27,339 nucleotides of DNA from a virus (lineage: Duplodnaviria; Caudoviricetes), in the IMG/VR virus record IMGVR_UViG_3300017988_000027, positions 1-27,339 of that record. One strand, 5' to 3'. Below, in pieces: positions 18,811 through 25,679 of the stretch. Both the position numbers and the translations under genes were made by a program. Position 1 is the stretch's first letter, and every line of letters begins with the position of its first letter. The notes under the pieces were generated by a model. It saw only the letters and a program-made list of their open reading frames with translations. It was not told the DNA's origin and made no database searches.

Positions 18811-18955
18811 GGCAATTGTAGTCAGGCATACCGCTAACCCTCGGCGGATAAATTGGGTTTGGAATTAACGGCCTTCGGGCCCGTAATGTAGCCAATGGTG
18901 GTCACAAGCCCACATGAAAAATACAGAGTGAAAATAAAATAAAGGAGTTGTTGCA

Positions 18956-19351
18956 ATGAAACAGACTAACAAAGCGTTAAAAGCTAAAATCAGTGAATTG
19001 GAAAGTGAAGTGGCCCGTTTGCAAAAAAAAGACGAATACAACGGATGGTCAAATTACGAAACTTGGAATGTTGCGCTTTGGTTTGGTAACGATTCGTCCG
19101 AGTATTGGAACGAAGAGGCCCAAACCGCTTACGATGAAGCCGAAGCCGATAAAACTTTTACCAAAGAAGAAAATGCAGTTTATGCGCTTGCGGCTCAAAT
19201 GAAAGACAACGCCCAAGACTATGAAACATACGGCATAAAAATTGAGGGTTTTTGTGCCGATCTTTTAAACGCTTCTTTGAGGGTTGTTGACTGGCATGAA
19301 ATAGCCCGTCATTACATGGAGGAAGTCGATAAAGAGGCGGTTGAAGCTTAA
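18956..19351 (+). CDS. Conserved phage hypothetical protein (YNGWxNYETW family) with an N-terminal coiled coil, 131 aa
   Basis: AAGGAG RBS; 'YNGWSNYETWNVALW..ND' and 'DLLNASL..VDW.EIA' motifs recur in phage early regions. Confidence 0.85.
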   Translation: MKQTNKALKAKISELESEVARLQKKDEYNGWSNYETWNVALWFGNDSSEYWNEEAQTAYDEAEADKTFTKEENAVYALAAQMKDNAQDYETYGIKIEGFCADLLNASLRVVDWHEIARHYMEEVDKEAVEA

Positions 19352-19444
19352 TCAGTAAACCCGCCCTGTAATGAGAGTGGGGCAGTTTTAAGCACAATTA
19401 AGACTTACGAGAGCGGCCGTTAACCAAACGAAAGGAAGGCTGAA

Positions 19445-19639
19445 ATGAAAATCAAGGGACACGATGTTTTCTTAGCCGACAATGGAACGCTAGACACGGT
19501 TATAACTGTAGATGGGCACGAAATTGTTTATGACTGTGATTTTTCCGGTCAATATAGAGATATACACGGCGATTTTACCCGTAAAGAGTTTAGGGCATTA
19601 GGTGAAATTGCCGTGGATGATTACGAAAGGAATGGCTGA
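19445..19639 (+). CDS. Hypothetical protein, 64 aa
   Basis: AAAGGAAGG RBS inside the repeated cassette; acidic, globular-looking sequence. Confidence 0.7.
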   Translation: MKIKGHDVFLADNGTLDTVITVDGHEIVYDCDFSGQYRDIHGDFTRKEFRALGEIAVDDYERNG

Positions 19640-19735
19640 AATTAAATTTCAGGCAAGTAAAAAAGACAATCCGTTTTCAAAGAAAAACATTACTACTAAA
19701 ATTTTAAGCAGTTAAAACAAGTGAAAGAGGAAAAA

Positions 19736-20101
19736 ATGGATTTTAAATTTGCGGAAGTCGTTTATGGAGTTATTAAAACTCACAACGGTTTTACCATTTG
19801 CACGGAAGTATCAGTTAAAAAATTACAGTATGACACAAAAGAACGTTTGTATTGGCGGACGTGTACAGGCATCACATATAAAAAATTAGACTTTGCCATG
19901 AAAAAAGCCGACGATTTTGTCAAACGTTGTAATAAAAACTTTGTGAATTTTGAAGGAAAACAAATTATTTTTAAATTCATTAATGTTGGTTTGTTTGCTG
20001 ATTCAACGGGTGAAAACAATGGGCAAACCGATGAATCAGCTGAAAAAGTTAAAAAGATAATTGAATCTCATTATTTTGTAAATCAACCGGTGCAAGCCTA
20101 A
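19736..20101 (+). CDS. Hypothetical protein, ~121 aa
   Basis: GAGG RBS before ATG 19736 (the ORF track starts at GTG 19721). Confidence 0.65.
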   Translation: MDFKFAEVVYGVIKTHNGFTICTEVSVKKLQYDTKERLYWRTCTGITYKKLDFAMKKADDFVKRCNKNFVNFEGKQIIFKFINVGLFADSTGENNGQTDESAEKVKKIIESHYFVNQPVQA

Positions 20102-20121
20102 CCAAACGAAAGGCGGAGAGT

Positions 20122-20328
20122 ATGGCACAGTACAGGAATGATCCTCGGTGGATTGAAGCAAGGTTTCAAAGCAAATGTGGAAAATGTGGGGATGCGGTTT
20201 TGAAGGGAGATAAGGTTTATTACTATCCTCTCGAAAAGAAAGTTTTCTGTAAAAAAGATGATTGTTCGGGAAGTTGCGAACGGGATTTTAGCTCATGTGC
20301 TTTTGATGAAATGGTTTACAACTCATAG
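20122..20328 (+). CDS. Small Zn-finger-like protein, 68 aa
   Basis: 'ARFQSKCGKCG...KGD..YY......FCKKDDC' with CxxC...CxxxxC ligands; GGAG RBS. Confidence 0.8.
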   Translation: MAQYRNDPRWIEARFQSKCGKCGDAVLKGDKVYYYPLEKKVFCKKDDCSGSCERDFSSCAFDEMVYNS

Positions 20329-20387
20329 GCAGTTTTAAGGGTTATTCTGACGCACGTTGTACCAAAACTGTAACGAAAGGAATTGAA

Positions 20388-20597
20388 ATGAAATTTTCTG
20401 AAAAGTTGGAAAAATTAGATGCATGTAATGAGGCGATAAACTGGGTGAAAGATGGTCACGAAAAAACCGCGTGGGAAGACTGTGAAAAATCAGAGAGATT
20501 GGATTGATAAAGTGAAAATCCATACACTTTCAAATTGGGTAATCTGGTGCTGGCTTATGAAGGAAAACTATAGGGCGAGTGGGTCGATAAATAATTA
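20388..20597 (+). pseudogene. Truncated or frameshifted small phage gene ('L..L.AC.EA..W...AW..C...DW' family)
   Basis: ATG 20388 with AAAGGA RBS reads MKFSEKLEKLDACNEAINWVKDGHEKTAWEDCEKSERLD* (stop ends 20507). The expected 'DW' lies in another frame right after a GAGAGA run. Confidence 0.45.
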
Positions 20598-20609
20598 AGG
20601 AGAAAAAAA

Positions 20610-20783
20610 ATGAGAAAACAAATAAGTGTAGACTTAGAAGTCTATGATGTGTTGAATAAAAAGGCTAGCGAAATGGGCACAACACTAAGTAACGCTATTC
20701 GCGCGTTATTAGGTATGCCCGTTAAGCCGATTTGTAACGGGAAATCATATATAGTGGCGAGCAATCCGGGAAAAGAGGTTTAA
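20610..20783 (+). CDS. Ribbon-helix-helix DNA-binding protein, 57 aa
   Basis: Below the ORF-track cutoff. TAAGGAG RBS; MRKQISVDLEVYDVLNKKASEMGTTLSNAIRALLG fits the RHH pattern of alternating beta strand, helix, G-x-T/S turn, helix. Confidence 0.75.
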   Translation: MRKQISVDLEVYDVLNKKASEMGTTLSNAIRALLGMPVKPICNGKSYIVASNPGKEV

Positions 20784-20784
20784 A

Positions 20785-20883
20785 ATGAAAAAGAAAAAGG
20801 GAACTATATACAATGTTACCCTTTGCAAGGAGATTGACCACCAAGGAAGTCAAGTATATAATTCCCCATTTTTAATTCTTTAA
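20785..20883 (+). CDS. Possible 32-aa peptide (MKKKKGTIYNVTLCKEIDHQGSQVYNSPFLIL)
   Basis: GAGG RBS and ATG one base after the RHH stop; overlaps the convergent gene by 12 nt. Confidence 0.3.
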   Translation: MKKKKGTIYNVTLCKEIDHQGSQVYNSPFLIL

Positions 20884-21132
20884 ATCTCTTTTAACCACCA
20901 TTTCAGAAACAAAGAGCCGGAGTTTTTGCCAGGCCGCATCAGCCCACCGTAAATGCTCCGGCCCTAAAAAGGCAAAAGTTTTAACTGATTCTACATCCTG
21001 GCCCTTAATGTAATACGCCATTAAAAGAGGGCCGACTTTATGGTGATCCATAATGCGCAATAATTCTTTGGTAAATTTTTCATCTTCCAATTCGGCTCTT
21101 GCTGGGCGACCTTTGCTATCCAATATTGTCAT
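20872..21132 (-). CDS. Hypothetical protein, 86 aa
   Basis: TAATG-coupled to the primase stop; AAGGAG RBS. Confidence 0.75.
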   Translation of the reverse strand: MTILDSKGRPARAELEDEKFTKELLRIMDHHKVGPLLMAYYIKGQDVESVKTFAFLGPEHLRWADAAWQKLRLFVSEMVVKRDLKN

Positions 21133-23417
21133 TACTCAAACTCCTTGATTGGCAATTTAACTGCTCTGGTAGTTTTTCCATTTATTCTAACGTAAGCGGG
21201 AAAAATAGCACCAGAAATACGAGATAATGATTTTGCCCAACCTTTAACCCACTTTGTATTATGGAACAATTTAATAAGTTGAGTATTATTAGCTGAAACA
21301 TAAAGAAAATCATCTTTAATACGCAATCCATAACGCTCCAAGGCTTCCTCATAATAAACAGTGTCGGATTGAGATGGGTTTTTAAGCATATAATTCACAC
21401 ACTCTTGAACGGCCCTATCTTTTGTTGTGCCCAATTCAACTTTGATAAGGCTAGACATCAGATGATCGAAACAAATATCATGATCCGATGAGTAAATTTC
21501 TTGATCCAAAATTATAACATCTCCGGTAATCATTTCATAACCAGCCAATAAAACAGAATGTTGTTGGGCATATCGTGCGGAAAATTTTTTGCTTAAATCT
21601 TGCCGGTGAAATTCAATCAAAGCCAAAAACTTCTCAAAATTTTCATAAGTGGTGGTAAACAGGCCCCGGCTGTATTCGGGTGTGATCTGCTCCATTAGTT
21701 TGATCAAATCCGGGTAGCCTTCTCTATTAGGTTCATCAAGATCAAGAACGGTAAACCGAGAATGGTCGGCATCATTGGATAGGTTAATACGAATAGACGA
21801 AACCAGAGCGCAAAAACGTGGATTGTATTGAATTGACTTCCCCGAAGAAGAACCCTTCATAATTTCGCCGGATGATTCACTAGAGGCTTGGCGGCAAAGG
21901 TCCAAAATTCCATCGGTACGGTAGTCATTTCCGCCCATTTGCTCAAATTCGTCAAATATCACTGGAAGGGCATTGTGGTCCAACATTTGCCTAATCCCCG
22001 CCTCTGTAGTGTTTCCCTTAAGATATAGCTTGTAATCTCCCAAAATTGGGCTAATTATCTCTTCCATAACAGTTGACTTACCCGTTCCAGCCGATCCCGT
22101 AAGCCAGATATGGGGTCTCCAGGGTAACGCACCCGAAAACGGGGCCGCGGTCAGCCAGCCAGCCAAAAGTTTGGCTTGGTTTGATTGTTTAAAATTAATC
22201 CGGGAAAGTATGTCTAAAAGTAAATCTGGATGCTCGGCTTTGGTGGGAGCGGATACGGGCATTGAAATTGTATAGGTATATTTTGATTTTGGAGTTTTGG
22301 GATAAACAGTTTGACCCAAGTTTATTACGGGGCCTTGATCGTTCCAGACCCCCGTGCCTCGAATGTTTTTGGGATTAAAAATACCCTCCAAGCGACATCG
22401 TTCTAATAAAGCTGATGTTGCTTGAGTCCAATCAGCTCCCTGTTTACCAGGAAATTCAACTTCCCAATATTCTTTGGGTTGTAATGTGAAAAAATTATTT
22501 GCTGTGTGCCCGCTCGCGGTAATGGATACAATTTGACGATTGCTTGATGAGGTATAGTAATAAGTATCATCACGATAACCAAGACAACGCACCCAACGAT
22601 CAGGTTCTTGACGAAGTAAATCGGTTACGGCTTGTATTCCGTGAGCTTGAGCGTAGTCATTCCAATCCAAACCATCTTCGGGGGGAAATATACCAGCTCC
22701 AGCTTTATGACCAGCTTCATCATTATCACCAGCCAAAATCGCACTAGGAAAATGTTTTCTTACTTCGGGTATGTTCCCCGCATCGAAACAAACAATAACG
22801 GTGTCTCCCGTTGCTTCGTGAACGGTAACTCCCGTGGCGAAACCCTCCACCAACCAGACGGCCTCGGAGCCATGTATTCGGAAGAAATTTCCTTTTTTGG
22901 CTGTATGTAATTTGAATCGCTTTTTTCCATTAGGTTCAATAATCTGATAGCCTTGGACTTCATCCTTGGTGTTGATGACGGGCACAATAAGATTATCGCC
23001 GTCAGATAAAGCACCGTATGGTTTTTTAATTCCTTTAGTTCCGAGGTAAGCGGTGCATTTAGATTCGAGAGTTGGCAGATAGTTTTTACAATATTCTCTA
23101 CATGCCTCATATTCAGATTCTTGTTCTTTGTCAGCTTTTTTTTGTGCTTCACGAATTGTTTTTTCAACATAAATTTTGTCATCTCCGGTTGGATTTATAG
23201 TACAGAATTTAAACACTTCGTTATTATGCCAATCTGCATAAACCACATTATAACCAACTTCGCCTGAGCGGGTATTCCACTGAAAAGCCACATACCAACA
23301 ATCTGGATTTTTATCGGTTTGTTCTTTTCTAAATCTATGAATTTTTCCATCTGGAAGTATTGAATCAGCATAAAATTCGTTTGAGGCCATGTTTTGACGG
23401 ACTAAATCTAGTGACAT
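21132..23417 (-). CDS. TOPRIM primase fused to a P-loop helicase domain (P4 alpha/TraC-like primase), 761 aa
   Basis: 'LVEGFATG.TVHEATG..VIVCFDAGN', 'AGDND..G', 'DWND'; Walker A GSAGTGKS; Walker B VIFDEFE; GGAG RBS. Confidence 0.9.
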   Translation of the reverse strand: MSLDLVRQNMASNEFYADSILPDGKIHRFRKEQTDKNPDCWYVAFQWNTRSGEVGYNVVYADWHNNEVFKFCTINPTGDDKIYVEKTIREAQKKADKEQESEYEACREYCKNYLPTLESKCTAYLGTKGIKKPYGALSDGDNLIVPVINTKDEVQGYQIIEPNGKKRFKLHTAKKGNFFRIHGSEAVWLVEGFATGVTVHEATGDTVIVCFDAGNIPEVRKHFPSAILAGDNDEAGHKAGAGIFPPEDGLDWNDYAQAHGIQAVTDLLRQEPDRWVRCLGYRDDTYYYTSSSNRQIVSITASGHTANNFFTLQPKEYWEVEFPGKQGADWTQATSALLERCRLEGIFNPKNIRGTGVWNDQGPVINLGQTVYPKTPKSKYTYTISMPVSAPTKAEHPDLLLDILSRINFKQSNQAKLLAGWLTAAPFSGALPWRPHIWLTGSAGTGKSTVMEEIISPILGDYKLYLKGNTTEAGIRQMLDHNALPVIFDEFEQMGGNDYRTDGILDLCRQASSESSGEIMKGSSSGKSIQYNPRFCALVSSIRINLSNDADHSRFTVLDLDEPNREGYPDLIKLMEQITPEYSRGLFTTTYENFEKFLALIEFHRQDLSKKFSARYAQQHSVLLAGYEMITGDVIILDQEIYSSDHDICFDHLMSSLIKVELGTTKDRAVQECVNYMLKNPSQSDTVYYEEALERYGLRIKDDFLYVSANNTQLIKLFHNTKWVKGWAKSLSRISGAIFPAYVRINGKTTRAVKLPIKEFE

Positions 23418-23506
23418 ATTCTCTCCACGAATGGAATAAATGGCAACCGCGGGGGTAAGCGTGGCCTACATCTCGGGGCGAGTGTAGCAGGCCCCCACGG
23501 AAGCCC

Positions 23507-23815
23507 TTAAAATAGTAATTCAACGTCATCCACTTGTCTAGCTTCAATTACAATTCCACCGAATAAGCGGATCATTTTAGCCCAATTAGTTTGTTCGGGC
23601 TTGAGATGGTCAGCCCCACATTTTAATTCTATTCCAATTAATTTACCATCAGATTTACGGATACCCAAAATATCCGCTTGACCTTTTATCCCAATTTTGA
23701 TATGCGTTCCCCATTCGGTTAAGAATATACCGCACGGATTATTCCACAATCGAATACGAGGATCGGCCCCATATTTTTTAAATATTTCTTGTTTAAGATG
23801 TGAGTGAGGGGTCAT
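23507..23815 (-). CDS. VRR-NUC (PD-(D/E)xK) nuclease, 102 aa
   Basis: 'GQADILG...GK.IGIELK......PEQ.NW...I...GG...EAR'. Confidence 0.88.
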   Translation of the reverse strand: MTPHSHLKQEIFKKYGADPRIRLWNNPCGIFLTEWGTHIKIGIKGQADILGIRKSDGKLIGIELKCGADHLKPEQTNWAKMIRLFGGIVIEARQVDDVELLF

Positions 23816-23866
23816 GTGTGTATTTCTAAATATTTAATGGCTTTTAAAAGTAATTTTTTATTATCT

Positions 23867-25243
23867 TTACATTATATTCCGTTTATTTAATTTTGTTAAA
23901 ATAAAATCTGGAATTTGTCGCTTCGGAAACATTTGTTCAGCTATTTCCTCGCCATACAATCTTTTGGCCTCATACCAACGCCAACCCAATTTATATTTTT
24001 TTTGTTTACGCACAATATCTATGGCTTTACGTTTACGCATTAATTCTTGTTCAGGTGTAAGAATTTTAATTTCAACTAATTCACCATCCTCAATATTTAA
24101 TTTGCGTAATTTAACTGGATTACTCATACCACAATTCGGACATTTTGAACCATAAAATACAGCGAAACACGTTAAGCAGGTTGTGGGCGATTTAACTTTG
24201 GATTCTTTTTCTTCATGGGTTAAGTTTGCCTCTCGTTCTTCTTCAATAAATCCGTGACGCAAACAATTACCGGCGTGATCGAGAACAATAAAATCGGTTT
24301 TGCCTTCATGTGGTCGGGTGCCGCGGCCTAGTTGCTGAATATAAAGATTTAAACTCTTGGTGGGTCTAGCCATAATAATACAGTCGGCCCACGGAATATC
24401 TACCCCTAAATTAAATACACCTACATTACAAAGAATTTTAAATTCTCCCGATTTAAGTCCATCAATAGCTTTTTTTCGATCTGATAAAGATGTATCAGCA
24501 TCACAATGAACGGCAGGAATACCATTGGATTTAAAAATTTCGGTAATGTGTTTAGAGTGGTTTAGATTTACGGCAAAGCAAATAGTTTGTCTATTGGGTG
24601 CGATAGTCTTGTAGTGAGAAACTAAATCACCAATCAAGGGATTCATGGTCTTATATAAATCGGCACTCGCATAATCTCCATTAACAGTCTTAACGCCTTT
24701 CATGCTTGGTAAGGATGGCGCAAAGTAACGGGGTGGTACAAGATAACCTTGCTCAACCAATTCATTAAATGTAATGGGTCTAATTATTTTATTTGCTAAG
24801 TGTCCGCACGGATTATACGGAGTGGCGGTAACGGATAAAACGGGAACATTGTATTGACTTAAAAAATCTTTATAACCTTTTGAGTTTGCTAAATGAGCCT
24901 CATCTAAAATAATTAAATCAGATTGCGGTTTTAGCTTTCTGGAAATAACCGTATCTATAGATACAACTTGTATTTTTTCGGATAAACGATAGGCATAATG
25001 GTTTGCCATAAGAACGCCAGCGGAAACTTTTTCACGTTGCAACCTGTCGTAAGCCTGTTGAACCAACTGCCTTCCACGCACAACCATAAGTGCGTGTTTA
25101 TTTTTTGATTGAATGCGTTTTAGAATTTCGCAAAAAATTACGGTCTTACCCGATCCAGTGTCCAGGTGAAGCAATGGAGCTTCGCCATTAGATAAGGAAG
25201 AAATAATTTCATCAAGTGCTTGCTTTTGATATCCCCTTAACAT
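23867..25243 (-). CDS. SF2 DEAH helicase with C-terminal Zn ribbon (RadD/YejH-like phage helicase), ~458 aa
   Basis: Q motif LRGYQ, TGSGKT, DEAH, TATP, 'QQLGRGTR', 'DHAGN..RHG', CLTC...CPNC. Start placed at ATG 25243 because the upstream extension is promoter sequence. Confidence 0.93.
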   Translation of the reverse strand: MLRGYQKQALDEIISSLSNGEAPLLHLDTGSGKTVIFCEILKRIQSKNKHALMVVRGRQLVQQAYDRLQREKVSAGVLMANHYAYRLSEKIQVVSIDTVISRKLKPQSDLIILDEAHLANSKGYKDFLSQYNVPVLSVTATPYNPCGHLANKIIRPITFNELVEQGYLVPPRYFAPSLPSMKGVKTVNGDYASADLYKTMNPLIGDLVSHYKTIAPNRQTICFAVNLNHSKHITEIFKSNGIPAVHCDADTSLSDRKKAIDGLKSGEFKILCNVGVFNLGVDIPWADCIIMARPTKSLNLYIQQLGRGTRPHEGKTDFIVLDHAGNCLRHGFIEEEREANLTHEEKESKVKSPTTCLTCFAVFYGSKCPNCGMSNPVKLRKLNIEDGELVEIKILTPEQELMRKRKAIDIVRKQKKYKLGWRWYEAKRLYGEEIAEQMFPKRQIPDFILTKLNKRNIM

Positions 25244-25279
25244 ATTGACATATATATCATTATCCATTACCATTATCAA
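25244..25279. promoter_or_regulatory. Overlapping divergent promoters
   Basis: Plus: TTGACA (25245-25250), 17 bp, TACCAT (25268-25273). Minus: TTGATA (25279-25274), 17 bp, TATATA (25256-25251), 7 nt, ATG 25243. Confidence 0.65.
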
Positions 25280-25298
25280 CAAGAAAGGTGGTTAAAAA

Positions 25299-25445
25299 AT
25301 GAAACAAATAAACTGTGAGTGTGGTTGCCAAAGAAAGTTTTGGCCTTTTCCTGTATCTAAAAAATATGCTACTCCATATTGCCGATTAAAAATGTTTCGT
25401 AAAAAACATAAAAAAAATGTTGACACGGCTAACGTAATCAGATAG
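25299..25445 (+). CDS. Basic Cys-rich micro-protein, 48 aa (MKQINCECGCQRKFWPFPVSKKYATPYCRLKMFRKKH...)
   Basis: AAAGGTGG RBS; CECGC...F......KY....CR resembles small phage Zn-binding DNA-binding modules. Confidence 0.7.
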   Translation: MKQINCECGCQRKFWPFPVSKKYATPYCRLKMFRKKHKKNVDTANVIR

Positions 25446-25448
25446 CAT
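25420..25448 (+). promoter_or_regulatory. sigma70-type promoter of the recombination operon
   Basis: A-tract upstream, TTGACA (25420-25425), 17 bp, TAGCAT (25443-25448). Confidence 0.75.
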
Positions 25449-25454
25449 TATCTC

Positions 25455-25660
25455 AAGTCGTTCGGTACTTGTTCCAACGTAGCGCAACCGAGGACGAAAC
25501 CGAAAAAATTTAATGGTGGGTTTGGTCATCAACCGACCGGCGAGGCAGAGATCGCCTGATTCAAGACTTCCCTTACGTAAGGGAGAAGATAAAAGGCTTG
25601 GGCCGTTTAAATGACAGGGGGTGCCGAGGCAACGACCTGCTCTGCCCACCATTAAATAAA
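25455..25660 (+). ncRNA. Candidate structured ncRNA or long 5' leader
   Basis: 13-bp closing stem 25508-25520 / 25645-25657; GGCAGAG/CTCTGCC; 16-bp palindrome 25569-25584; several short hairpins; GC-rich; starts right after a promoter. Confidence 0.6.
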
Positions 25661-25679
25661 TTTTAAAATCGGAGGATTT

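Noticed and set aside
18811-18900. HDV/theta-like or pistol ribozyme in the early leader
   Set aside because: I could not build the required P1/P2 helices; only a simple pseudoknot and hairpins are supported.
19381-20395. CRISPR-like or mini-array reading of the early-region repeats
   Set aside because: The repeats are only 12-24 nt, irregularly spaced and separated by whole genes.
25488-25502. GAGGACGAAAC resembles the hammerhead ribozyme stem II/GAAAC segment
   Set aside because: No CUGANGA core or matching GUCC arm in a compatible position; the nearest is CTGATTC.
25508-25657. Retron msr-msd or DGR element (long flanking inverted repeat; BPP-1-like phage)
   Set aside because: No reverse transcriptase, no long msd hairpin and no TR/VR pair in the window.
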